A stretch of DNA of 64,000 bases, taken from Octopus vulgaris (Eukaryota). The stretch lies in NCBI GenBank assembly GCA_951406725.2, contig OX597826.1:56110001-56174000 (forward strand), read 5' to 3'. The notes under the pieces were generated by a model that was not told the DNA's origin, searched no databases, and saw nothing but the letters and a program-made list of their open reading frames with translations. This document shows, piece by piece, positions 12,801 through 25,992 of the stretch. The number at the start of each line of letters is the position of its first letter. Positions within the stretch are counted from its first letter, which is position 1. The position numbers and the translations under genes are program-made.

Positions 12801-12812
12801 TTTGATCTCATT

Positions 12813-13033
12813 GCTGCCATCGACATCCAAGAAGACCAGTCTACCCTCCGGGTCTAGGAAAATTGCTCTAACTTTGAAGTCCAGACTCTACCGAAGAAGC
12901 ACCGTGGTACCACCTCCGCAGTCTCACTGATGGCTATGATATGCATATTCGGTGACTTGATGTCATTTAACAGGTAGCCTTGTTTTCAAGGCGACCTCAA
13001 GCCACGTACATTTATACAACCTATTCTGAGCAT
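12813..13033 (-). pseudogene. L1/Tx1 LINE ORF2, N-terminal AP-endonuclease fragment
   Basis: ATG at 13033: MLRIGCINVRGLRSP*KQGYL/NDIKSPNMHIIAISET...GGGTTVLLR*SLDFKVRAIFLDPEGRLVFLDVD, with the NVRGL, xET and DxEGR APE motifs; stops and deletions present. Confidence 0.85.
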
Positions 13034-13114
13034 GTTCCTATCGAAAGCTGTGTTTTACACACGAAAGGAAGACGAAAGAGAATGAGAGAGAGAAAGAGAG
13101 AGAGAAAGAGTCAA

Positions 13115-13915
13115 TTACTGTTCGAAAGTTGTTCGTCCTGCACCTCACAGTCTTCTCCCAGAAAGTTTTTGTACAGTTTTTTAGAGAGGTATTTTTGAAA
13201 TCTCCCTACTGCATCCAGTTAGATTTCAGCGTGTTGTGTGCGTTCTGTATGATTTTATTGTGTTGTGGTGGTGCTGTGCGTGTGTTATTATTTGTTTTGG
13301 TATCGTTTTCTGTTATGCTGGTGTTTGACCTAATGTATTCCATTAGGTCTGAATCGTTAGTGTGAATAGCTGTCAGCGTTGTGGGGCTATTTGGTGTTTG
13401 TGTGTTTGTGTTAATGTTTTTGTTTTCTGCGGGTGATTTGGTTTCGGGAGTGGTAAACCTCCATGCTTTGTTTGTTAGCCTCTCTATTCGTTTTTCCTCT
13501 TGTTCTCCTTCCCCCTGTGGTCATTTGCTAATCCTCTGTGTCGTCTTCATCTGACGACATGTCGGAAGAATCACAAAGTGGGAGAAGAAAGGTATTGGGG
13601 TCTACTTCTGAGTGTGTTAATGTTGATTTTGTTGTTGGTGTTGGTGCTGGTCGGTGACAGTTGAGATGTGGTGTATGGGTTTTTGGGGGTGGAATGTGAG
13701 TTCTTTGGTTTTTCTCTTCTTCCTTTGGAGTTGTTGTTGTTGGTGGTGGTGATGGTGTTGTTTCTGTTTTTGGTTGCGCTGGCTTGCTGGTTGCTGATGT
13801 TCCTTCATTTCTTGGTAGAGATGTTTTATCAATTGTGCATATGGCGGTACGGGTAGCAGTGCTGTTTTTTCATGGTTTTTGGTTTTGTTGTTGTTGTTAT
13901 TGATCTTGTTGTTGC

Positions 13916-13947
<32 letters not shown>

Positions 13948-14620
13948 CTATGCTAATGGGCAATTAATTTTAAGTGTGATTTGCTACCACAAACGTAGCA
14001 ACGTGGCTTTCTGCCTTCGACAGCCACATACAAATTCGAACCGTCTGCCAGTTTGCTAAGATGTGGAATCATTTCAATACTGATTGGATCAATATGAGCA
14101 AGGATTTCTACTCCTTGACTAAATCAATTTTGCTGGTCTAGGACAGCGATTTCTAAGATGTGGATTGCTTCCTCGATATCATAAATGGTAGACACAAGCC
14201 ATTTTATTCGTATCTCAGGGGGCACATCTTTGATTTTGATTTTTGTGAACCTAAGACCAAGGTATGTAAGTATCATCATTAGGTTTTCGCATTCAAAAGA
14301 CTTCGTGGAGAGGTCTTTGGCTCAGTCTTCACTGTCGAATCTAACCTCGATCATGGCAAATTTTTGTCCTCTAGTGATGTATTCTTTAAAGGCCCATATG
14401 AACCTTAAACATTTTTCTACTGTTTCTTGGGAGGCAGCTTCGAAAAGTTTTGTTTTTAAGTTGAGTGTTTTGTATATAATTGTTTCTTTTATCAATGTCT
14501 TTAAGATTATTTTGCGGTGTTTGCAGTTATATAATATGTTTATCTTTTTTAAACATTGTCTTGCAAGCAAGCACTTCTTCCTTCGAAAATGACATAATTC
14601 TTTTCTGCAGCTTTAAAGCT
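13115..14620 (-). pseudogene. L1/Tx1 LINE ORF1 (gag-like) with CCHC zinc knuckle, decayed
   Basis: ...KIKIKDVPPEI...VAVEGRKPRCYVCGSKSHLK(INC)P at 13960-14000 (C-x2-C-x4-H-x4-C after restoring a 1-nt deletion); lies directly upstream of the APE ORF on the same strand. Confidence 0.8.
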
Positions 14621-14694
14621 ACGGCAAAATTATTTTGTGAGTCCGTGTTGTTTGTGGTAATGATGATGGAGGTAGTGGTGGTGGTGGTGATGGT

Positions 14695-15485
14695 GGAGCT
14701 GGCAGAAACGTTAGCACGTCGTGCGAAATACTTGGCGGTATTTCGTCTGTCGTTACGTTCTGAGTTCAAATTCCGCCGCGGTCGACTTTGTCTTTCACCC
14801 TTTCGGGGTCGATATATTAAGTACCAGTTACGCTCTGGGGTCGATGTAATTGACTTAATCCGTTTGTCTGTCCTTGTTTGTCCTCTCTGTGTTTAGCCCC
14901 TTGTGGGTAATAAAGAAATAGGTATTTTGTCTGCCGTTACGTTCTGAGTGCAAATTCCGCCGAGGTCGGCTTTGCCTTTCATCGTTTCGGGGTCAATTAA
15001 ATAAGTACCAGTTACGCACTGGGGTCGATATAATCGACTTAATCCGTTTGTCTGTCCTTGTTTGTCCTCTCTGTTTAGCCACTTGTGAGTTGTAAAGAAA
15101 TAGGTATTTCGTCTGCCGCTACGTTCTGAGTTCAAATTCTGCCGAGGTCAACTTTGCGTTTCATCCTTTCGGGGTTGATAAATTAAGTACCAGTTAAGCA
15201 CTGGGCTCGATGTCTGTCCTTCTTTCTCCTCTCTGTGTTTAGCCCCTTGTGGGCAGTAAAGAAATAGGAAACGTTAGCACGCCGGGCAGAATGCTTAGCG
15301 GTATTTCGTCTGCCGTTACGTTCTGAGTTCAAATCCCGCCGAGGACGACTTTGCCATTCATCCTTTTGAGATCGATAAATTAAGTACCGGTTACGCACTG
15401 GGATCGATGTAATCGACTTAATCCCAATATCTGTTCTTGTTTGTCCCCCCTATGTGTAGCCCCTTGTCGGCAATAATGAAATAAG
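14695..15485 (+). mobile_element. SINE family B tandem multimer (about 4 units)
   Basis: Repeated ~185-bp units each ending GCCCCTTGTGGG...AAGAAATA; units 2 and 3 restart at GGTATTT(C/T)GTCTG, and the last unit restarts at GAAACGTTAGCACG. Confidence 0.9.
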
Positions 15486-15486
15486 A

Positions 15487-15487
15487 T

Positions 15488-15520
<33 letters not shown>

Positions 15521-15521
15521 C

Positions 15522-15593
<72 letters not shown>

Positions 15594-15628
15594 GGATAGA
15601 TAGATAGATAGGAGAGAGACTGATAGAC

Positions 15629-15666
<38 letters not shown>

Positions 15667-15684
15667 GTAGGTAGATAGACAGAC

Positions 15685-15732
<48 letters not shown>

Positions 15733-15733
15733 T

Positions 15734-15806
<73 letters not shown>

Positions 15807-15897
15807 GAGAGACATAGTCTGATACATTGATAGATAGATACATAGATATATAGATAGATAGGTAGATAGGTAGATAGATAGACAGACAGACAGACAG
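15487..15897. repeat. (GATA)n microsatellite
   Basis: Read directly from the sequence. Confidence 0.95.
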
Positions 15898-16663
15898 TCA
15901 GAGCTGATATATAGATTGTGTAATCTTTCGTATAGTTACATTACTCTATTGGTATAATATCAATTGCAAATTGCCAAGACTTTCTATTTACTGTTGCTTT
16001 AATTATTCCTTCTTTATTTATTTTATTATATATTTTCTTTATTTTTATAATTCCTTCTCAGCACACAACATGTGATCATTTATATTTTCATGTTTTAAAT
16101 TAAAAAAACATTTGTTATGTTTATTAGTTGTAGGAAATTAGAAATAATATTATTAGTGTACGTACGTGTAGTGTGTACGTACGTGTAGTGTGTACGTACT
16201 TGTAGTGTGTACGTACGTGTAGTGTGCACGTATGTATGCAATGCACGTGCTTATGTGTATCTGCTTATATGTATGGACCCATATATGTATATATGTGTGT
16301 GTGTACATTTACATACACACACAGCAGACACACACATATATATTTACACACACACACACACACACATATTTACACACATACACAAATATACATATATTTG
16401 TATGTATGTGTGTGTATATCATCTGGTGTGTGTGTGTGTGTCCGTGTGTCTGTGTGCGTATGTGTGTCTTTGTATGTGCGTTGTGTGTCTTTTGTAAGAC
16501 TTGTAAAGTATATTATATTAAAATATATTTTGCATATTGGAAATATTATTTGAAGTAGAACTCAACGCGACGGCAGAGTAGCTAGGTAAACATGTCTTCA
16601 TGGCTGAATGTATGTGTGTGTGCGTGTGTGTGTGTGTGTGCGCGTGTAATAATAATAATAATA

Positions 16664-16756
<93 letters not shown>

Positions 16757-16826
16757 ATGCATCTATACACCTATACATGCGCACATATATAAAGGACATG
16801 TTCACATGTTCAAATATTAATTTTGC

Positions 16827-16857
<31 letters not shown>

Positions 16858-17149
16858 AGCAAATGAGGAAAGGCAGTAATCAATAAACGTTATAGCGTAT
16901 TTGGTTTATTTGCACGGAATTTCTCACGAGACCAATCATCAGGCGAGAATTGATGGGCGAGAACTGAAAATCACTGAAGCGTGAGTATGAGTCACCTTAA
17001 CACAAGACAGGAAGTCAGTTTAAATAAACTAAATATATGCGTGCGTGTACGTACGCATGTTTGTATGTATGCAAACACACACATAGATAGATACATACAT
17101 GCATACATATATATATGTGTGTGTGTGTATATATATGTACATATACGTA

Positions 17150-17205
<56 letters not shown>

Positions 17206-17211
<6 letters not shown>

Positions 17212-17359
17212 TATTAGAGACAAAACCACTATTTTGCAAAACAAACAAGGAAAGACTTAATCAATACATAAAATTTTAATAAATAGTCAAAAAACCGCCA
17301 CTACAATCGTTTCTTGTCTTGATCGACAATCTTCAGGTGGACTTCAATAAGTCAGTTTC

Positions 17360-17363
<4 letters not shown>
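17206..17363 (-). mobile_element. Miniature hammerhead-bearing insert inside (TA)n
   Basis: About 160 bp of unique sequence between two pure (TA)n tracts; terminus TTAGAGAYAAAACCACTATT is shared with 54880-54899. Confidence 0.78.
17298..17340 (-). ncRNA. Minimal type I hammerhead ribozyme
   Basis: Minus strand CCAC-CTGAAGA-TTGTC-gatcaa-GACAA-GAAAC-gatt-GTA^GTGG: all core nucleotides present and stems I and II fully paired (stem II opens with U-A). Confidence 0.85.
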
Positions 17364-17396
<33 letters not shown>

Positions 17397-18519
17397 TCAT
17401 TTATTTATTTATACGTGTATATATATATATCTACATATGTTCATATATAAATATACATATATACACACATGTATACATATATACATACACACATACATAC
17501 ATACATACATACATACATACATACATACATACATACATACATACATACATACATACGTACGTACGTACGTACGTACGTACATAGCAATCTCAATGTTAAA
17601 ATGCGTGAAACTGCTAGAGCATTCCGGACATTGCGTGACGGGGAAATCGGCTGCGAATGTTCCTTGTGTCATGTTTTTGTCCACTTTTCCGTTTATTATA
17701 TTATTGTCTAGTTTTCTGTATGCTGTGTTCCTTGTTGGTTTTCAACTTGCTGTGACTTCATCTCCCTCTTGCTGTATTTTCTCTTTGTATCCTTCCTATT
17801 CAACTCTTGATTAATGTATGCGGCGCACAGCTCGGGCTGTTGGTTACTTATATATGTATATATATATGTACATTTATTGAAGTTTGGCCCTTCGCTCTGT
17901 CACTAAACAGTATTTCTCACTCGGTTCCATTGTGCCCTACTACAAACCACTATATGATAGTGCTTAACTTGTTTTCATTAGCCGCATAATGATGTCTTTG
18001 AATTCATGTGCATTCTTTTATGACTAGGCACAGATTCAGTTCAACATCCGTGTCGCAGCACATCAGGAAACTCAAAACTAGAGTTATCAACAATTTTTGT
18101 ATATATAATATCATTGCAAACGCAATGTCATACGTTAATGGACGACAATAATGCAATGCTATTGCGGAGCAATAAAATGATTTTGCAGAAAGTATAACAA
18201 GAAGAATATCAAACCTATTATCTCATAGGAAAATACCCAATAAATTGCACTGCTCCCTTATAAGTCATCATAAACAAAATTAGATTTAATGAAAGCATCA
18301 TATGCCTTTGTATGTATATGATGTTTATGAGGTGTATATACTCTGTATGTACCTAAGAATAAAATCTTTTGATGTATTTGAAAATCAATTATGAAACAAC
18401 GGTAACCACATATTAAATGTCATTTGCATCTAAGTGCGAACTCTTGAGTTCCAATGACTTCATATATATGGGGGGGGGGACAAGTGAGTGTTTGTGAGAG
18501 TGTACTCAAAGAGAGGGGA

Positions 18520-18930
18520 GGAGAAAACTCGTTGTAGCCAATAAAAGGAATGACCCAAACAAGGAAGGTATAATAAATGGCTTCAGGCCAATAATTCTGG
18601 TGAATACAGAACTAAGGTGTTTGGCAAATGGATTCACAGGAAGTTGATTTTGGTGTTCAGTAAAATATTCGGAGACACAAAAGTTTGTATGGTCTCGCCA
18701 CATAGTTATAGTCGATAACTTTCATCTTGTGATAATGATTTACATCAAATGGCGGGTTTGGCATTATACTCGGCTTCGTTTGACCACTGCTAAAAGGTGT
18801 CACAGAGAATCGGCCATCGGTGCCTGGTGCATATCTTAGGCATCTAAGCACAACCGGTGTGATACTATGAACAACATCATATCCTAACCGAATCGGAGTT
18901 TATGCTCATTCACTTCTTGTTGAAGGGATT
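18520..18930 (+). pseudogene. L1/Tx1 ORF2 reverse-transcriptase fragment, highly decayed
   Basis: RNDPNKEGIINGFRPIILVNTELRCLA...DNFHLV matches the (N)YRPITLLNxDxKILAK...DNLH RT N-terminal motifs. Confidence 0.72.
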
Positions 18931-19618
18931 TATTACCCTGGCAAAAAAATTATATTTGCTATTAACGATCACTTAAAAAGGATCTAAGGTTTTAAAGTTG
19001 ATGATTGATACCGATGTACTGAAGGAGTTACAGCAACAGAGTTTTTTGCACAGCAAAGACTTTGAAAAAAATGTAGTGGACGTTCAAGCTTAACTTCTCT
19101 ACTTTAGCCTGGATATCATCCATGATGGTATTTGCTTTACGATGAGGTAGCATTAATGACAACACCCGTTGTCTCATACTGCTCCTAATGAGTCCTCAAC
19201 ATCCAACTTGGATTGGATAATGCTCTGCATTCCAGCCTGCATATGCGCATTCCATGAGGAGGTGTTTATGACAATTGGTCTTATGAGTCTGTGCAGCGTC
19301 AACGTTATTTTATGAGGAACCGTTAAGTCGACCAGATTTACCATTTCATGTATGTATGTATGTAATGAAGAATGGAAAATTATACATTTTCAAAACTTGT
19401 TTATTACAGTATTCTTCTCATTAAATTCACATTAGATTCCAACCCGACACGTGTTTCTGCTGCATAAGTCCCTTAATGATCTTCGATGTCGCATTTGCGT
19501 GCATTTAATTGGATCAGTTGCAGTATATATTATTCGAAGGTAAACATTCCTATGCAGCTTTCTTCAAGTTTTACCAATACGAGTGGATAAAGCAATTCCA
19601 AATAACCATTCCTTCGCG

Positions 19619-19721
<103 letters not shown>

Positions 19722-20249
19722 TATACGTGCATACATATATACATACACGCACATACATATAAGCAATTAGTTTCGAAATTACCTATCCTCTCAATGATAT
19801 GTTTTTTTATATATTCTAACACGCGGACACGCACACAGGCGCATAAGTATTTACTTCACTAAAATTACATGACAAATTTCCGTCTCGAGACAAGGAAAGA
19901 CAATTCACGTGACAGAGAGAGGGAGAAAGAGGGAGAAAGAGGGAGAAAGAGGGAGAGAGAGAGAGAGATTACTTTATTAGGTGTGTTTTTCGGAGATCAA
20001 TAATTTGGGGTTACAGTAACCTTTACCTGAGAACTATTGTACTCGTTGCCCTCCTGCTCCTGCTGAGTGAGATGTAAAGAAATTCGGCAGATTAAGTTTG
20101 GATAAAAACGGTGACACCTGAAGCAGAAATACACATGGTCACTTAATCAACAACTAAACAATGACTCATCGGGATCACTGATGTATATGTGCGTGTCTCT
20201 GTATATCTTCCTTCTGCCCCCCCCTCTCTCTCTCTTTCTCACTGATTAC

Positions 20250-20355
<106 letters not shown>

Positions 20356-20475
20356 GTGTGTGTATCTATATATGTATATATATATATATATGTATATACA
20401 TATACATATGTGTATATATATATGTATATATATATATATGTATACATATACATATAGATATATATATGTGTATAT

Positions 20476-20510
<35 letters not shown>

Positions 20511-21659
20511 GTATGTATATATATATATATATATATACACGTGTACAGATATTTGGTTTACATGTGCATGTATGCACGCTTGTATATATATATATATGTG
20601 TGTGTGTGTATACATATATATATATATATATATATATGTACATACATTTGTGTGTGTTTGTGTAAGTGTATGTATATGTGTATGTATGTATGTATGTATG
20701 TATGTATGTATGTATGTATGTATGTATGTATGTATGTATGTATGTAGGTATGTATGTATATTTGTTTCTATGTATGGTATACATGTAGCTTGTATTACGT
20801 ATATGGATATAAGCATTTATTCTTAGATAGGGAGATAAATAAAGAAATAAAGTCACCTAGGTAGATTTTGTATGTGTGTTCGTCCATATATACACCTACG
20901 TGGTGGGGGCGAGAGGGTAAAAAAGGGCATAGACGGTTTGTAAACATGGCTACGTTAAGATATTTTAATCTATCTCTAGGTGTCACAAAATTGGGATTGC
21001 GTGTTTGTGTGTGTGCGTGAGTGTATGTGTGTATGTGTATGTGTTTGTAGAGAGAGAGAGAGACGTAGAAATACTCGAGATGGTGAAAGTGTACGCTGAA
21101 AGGTCATGGAGAAAGTCTAGGTAGATGAGTGCCATGTTGTGAAGATAGCTGGTCTGGGGGAAGAGGGGAGAGAGATGGAGAAGAGAGAGAAATAGTGGAA
21201 GGTATGGAGGTGGGTGCTGCTGTATGTCTTTTTATATAGATATCAATCAAACGACACCATCTGGATGAGAGCAATTTTTCTCTTGAAGAAGTCTTCTTTG
21301 ATCCTTCTCCAACTACATATATGCACAAGAGATGATGGTGATGGTTCTTGTGCTGGTGGTGGTGGTAGTAACGGCTGTAGTAATCGATCTTCTAAACGAA
21401 CTAAGGAAACAAAATGTCTACAGGTTTATGAAATGGTTAATATTACGATAAGTCGCTACTAGTTACAGTTGAAGTCTTCTTTGAAGATTGAGACGTCAGT
21501 TTATTTGAAAAGAAACAATGCAGTTATTAATAAGAGAGGTTGAAATCAATGGATGCAAAATTTCGCAGTTCTAGCATCACTCCTTCATAGTCAACCTATG
21601 AACTTTTCAGTCCACTCTCGTATCTGTCTGTCACAACTCTTGACAGTTCTACCGCTTTT

Positions 21660-21920
21660 CGTGAACGGAAAGAGATTTGAACTCGGAATGCACAAAGCTT
21701 GAATCGATACCTTAAGGCATCCCGTTCAACGCTCAAACAATTTGGTCAGTCTACCGCCTTTCTGTAATCATACCTTTTCTTCTTTTTTTATCACTCTGAA
21801 TGGACAAAAGGTAAAGTCGACCGAAGATGTGATGGGTGGGATTTGAACTCTGAGGACAGAGAGTCGGAACAAATACAGCAAAGTGTTCTATCCAACACTC
21901 TAACGAATTGGCCAATTCCC
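21660..21920 (-). mobile_element. Old SINE family B relics
   Basis: GATTTGAACTC and AAAGGTAAAGTCGACC remnants of the B-box and central block. Confidence 0.5.
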
Positions 21921-22184
21921 TATCTTGGAGTTAAATTTGTAAATTTACAAAAGCAAGTTTACAAAAGCATCGATAAAAATTCAAACTCAACAATATCTAA
22001 CGATAAGGAGGCTATACATGGTCCAGCAAAATCCGAAAGAGCTACAAGGCCGACCTTCATTTTGTAAACCCCAGGAAAAGGTCCAGATTTGAGAACGCTG
22101 GAGAAGAGTCGTCGGTGATCCGTAGGAGTGAAAGCTTAAAGAGGAAATTGGTTTAAGCTGGATTTTGCTTCCTAATTTGTAGTT

Positions 22185-22370
22185 TGCATAGGTGTGTAGC
22201 TAAAATATTTGGTTAGTAATTACATGGTTTTATGTTCTATCGCACTGTACGGCAGCGGAGGTAATTCTATCCTAGCATAGCCTCAGATTTGACCAAATGA
22301 GTAAAATTAGGATAAAAAGAAACAGCGTGGAATTCCATTGGGTTTGATGTCCATGGCATTCGACTGGAAA
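22185..22370 (+). mobile_element. Old SINE family A relic (5' half)
   Basis: Degenerate GCATAGGTGTGTAGCTAA...CACTGTACGGCAGC...ATAGCCTCAGATTTGACCAA...GAAACAGCGTGGAA. Confidence 0.45.
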
Positions 22371-22811
22371 ACTCAATTCGTGGTCCAGATTAACACCACC
22401 ATCCGAGTTAATCGGTTGCTTTAGTTGAAGTTATTCGGTTGCAGCCATTCGTGATAGATCTCCGGGCTGACGACAATTCCTTTTCTTCCTCCCTACCTAT
22501 CTCATACGGACTTAAAAGTTCAAGTGGTCTACTCATGATTAAGTCAACAACTAAAAGATATATGTAAAGATATTTCCTTTTTATAAAGCCATGGGACAAA
22601 TGTTGTTATACAAGATGATGCAACAAGTTTATTTCTATACATGCATGTATGTATATCTATAACTGCATGTATGTAATGCCATATTTATTCCTATAAATTT
22701 GAACGTATTCGTTCTTGGGGACGTATGTAGCAGCGTGTATATATACATAGAGAGTGGGGGACAAGAGACGTGTATGACTGTGCGAGTGTGAATGTACAAA
22801 AGTATTATGTA

Positions 22812-22845
<34 letters not shown>

Positions 22846-23080
22846 CGAACACACATGATCTTATCTATAATTCCCTTGTTCCGCATTAACTTGAAAATAT
22901 ATATCGTTCATGTGGGCATGTGTGTCAGTGTGTGTGTGTATATGTATGTGCATGTGATCGTATGTATGTACATATACAGAGAGAGAAACAAACGGGGGAG
23001 AGGGGTATATGTGCATGTGTATGTGTGAATGCACAAATGTATGTTTTTATCTATGTATAATTTTATGTAAATAAATAAAT

Positions 23081-23117
<37 letters not shown>

Positions 23118-23581
23118 GTTTTTATTAATATATATATATATATATATGCATATATGGATGTATATATATGTGTCTGTATATATATACGTGTATATATGTA
23201 TATATAAGTATATATATATGAATATATATATGTATGTATGTATGTATACATATGTATGTATATATTGGTGAAACAAAATATTGTAATATATATGATCCAT
23301 ATTCCCATGCGTGTCAATCCACAGTTCTCACAAGCACTCGAATCTATAAAAACAAATTATATAACAACATACACACAAAAAGAGCCGTACGTACAAAGAG
23401 TTGAAAGTATGCACACTTATATAACACATTGTACGGTCTTACCCAGCACCCACTCCTTCTTAAGCTGACTTTAATGAGATCCCTGAAACGTCCAGTGATT
23501 CGATATTACACTATAAACATATTGGTATCTAGAAAAATTACCATTACAAGTATATGTATATACATATGCACATAGATATAA

Positions 23582-23628
<47 letters not shown>

Positions 23629-23811
23629 GTATTTAATCTTGTTACTCATATCCTTAAGTTAAATTCATTGTAAAAAATATCTATAAATTTAACAGCCTGT
23701 GAAGATATGGATATCAAGATATTTAATAGTCAGTAAAGATATTTATACTGATAAGAATTTTCCCACATATATGTGTGTGTGTGTATATGTATATATGTAT
23801 ATATTATTATA

Positions 23812-23910
<99 letters not shown>

Positions 23911-24524
23911 ATTATTTATTCATTTATTAATTTTTATAATTTTTTTTTAGAGGACGGGGATTTTTAAAATATTTATTCTTGAAGCAGATGGTGGCGGTAG
24001 TGATGGTAGTTTTGATGATGGCGGTGGAGGCGGCGGTGGTGTTAGCGGTGTTGGCGGTGGTGGCGGCGGCGCTGATGGTGACGGCGGCGGAAGTGGTGCT
24101 GTTGTTGTTGTTGGTGGTGGTGGTGATGGTGGATGTAGGGGGCGTGTGTTGCGCAAAAATGAATGGATTCCGATACTAACAAAAATTAATACGTATGTAA
24201 ACATCGATGTCAATAAATTTAACCTTTTATGAAAATACTGATATTGATAAATTTCTATACTCTCTATATATAAGGATTTTTTGATATCTATAAATTTAAT
24301 ACGATTGCATACATAGTGCTATCCATAAATTAAATATCCTATGAAGATATAGAGGTATCAATAAATTTTATACTCTATAGAGAAAGCTATATTTATAAAA
24401 TTCATGTGCCGAAAAGATATTGATATCGTCTATAAATTGTATATCCTGTAAGAATATCAGTGTCTATAGCATTCAATATTATTTAAAATATATGGATAAC
24501 AAGACGTTTATTTTTTCCGTTTTC

Positions 24525-24574
<50 letters not shown>

Positions 24575-25992
24575 TATATTATATTATATTATATTATATT
24601 ATATTATATTATATTATATCATATTATGCTATATGACTATATATATATATATATATATATATATGCAAGTATATATATGTATATATATGTAAATATATAT
24701 ATATATATATATACATACATACATATACATATGTATACACATATACATATATATACTTATACACATATATTCATATACACATATGTACATACGTACACAT
24801 ATATGCATGTATATATATATATATTTAGATATACATTTATAAATGCTATGCGTTCGCATATATATATGTGTGTGTAAGTATATACATATATATATACATG
24901 TATATACACATATATATATATATGTGTGTATATATACGTGTATATGTATGTTTATATATATATGTATATATACGTATATATATATATGTATATATATACA
25001 TATATATATGTGTATATACGTATATATACATTTATATATAAACATATACACGTATATATGTATGTATATATATATATGTATACATGTGTATGTACTACGT
25101 GCGAGTGTATATATGTGTTTGTGTGTATGTACGTCTGTATGTACGTCTGTATGTACGTACGTATGTATGTATGTATGTATGTATGTATGTACGTACGTAC
25201 GTATGTATGTATGTATGTATGTATGTATGTATGTATGTATGTATTGCATATATATGTGTGTTAGTAATGTTGTTATTGTCATTGTCATTTTTTCATGCTG
25301 TTTGGTAAAGCTTGACTCTTTTGATCCGAGAATGTTATTAGGCTTGTTGTTGAATTAATTAATATTCACCTGCTGCAGACAGAGGTGTCGCGCTTACATA
25401 TAAAACCACACATACATGTATGTGTGTACGTACGTAAGTGTGTACGTACGGTCGTATCTATTTTTGCGCCCATGTATGTGTACACATATGTCTTTGAGTG
25501 TGACTGTTCATACGTTCGTACATATACTTGTGTGTAAATACATACACACACATACACATGTATATATACAGCTATATATATATATATACATCTATACTTA
25601 TACGTTTATATATATATATGTGTATGTGTGTGTGTGTATACATAATCACACAAATATCTAAATATACATGTGTATATATGTGAACATATGTGTATATATG
25701 TTCATATAGGTATGTATATGTGAGCGCGTACATACATTCACACATACGTACATATATAGATACATACATGCACACAAACATATGTACATATATACATATA
25801 TATACATATATACATATATATTTCGTTGTATGGCACTGCTTTCGCTTTTTGCATCCTATTTAAATGAAAGTCAATGACTGAACACATCAAGTATGTCTCA
25901 CCAGTAGCGACACACAGACATTGTATAATGATGTAAATGTAGTTACAATTGACAAGCTAGATTGAGTCATCACACTGTTATTATATCACATA

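Noticed and set aside
7132-15485. Regularly repeated units that could suggest a CRISPR array
   Set aside because: Units are ~185-bp SINE multimers without unique spacers; no cas genes; eukaryotic context.
16905-16945. Minus-strand CTGATGA...GAAA
   Set aside because: Stem II is weak and there is no helix III or stem I pairing; likely chance.
16870-17030. Cluster of transcription-factor-like motifs (TTCTCACG, CCAAT, TGAGTCA, CAGGAAGT)
   Set aside because: Short motifs arise by chance in 64 kb; this needs conservation or ATAC data.
17612-18060. Possible solo LTR (TGCT...AGCA)
   Set aside because: No TSD, no second copy and no PBS/PPT visible.
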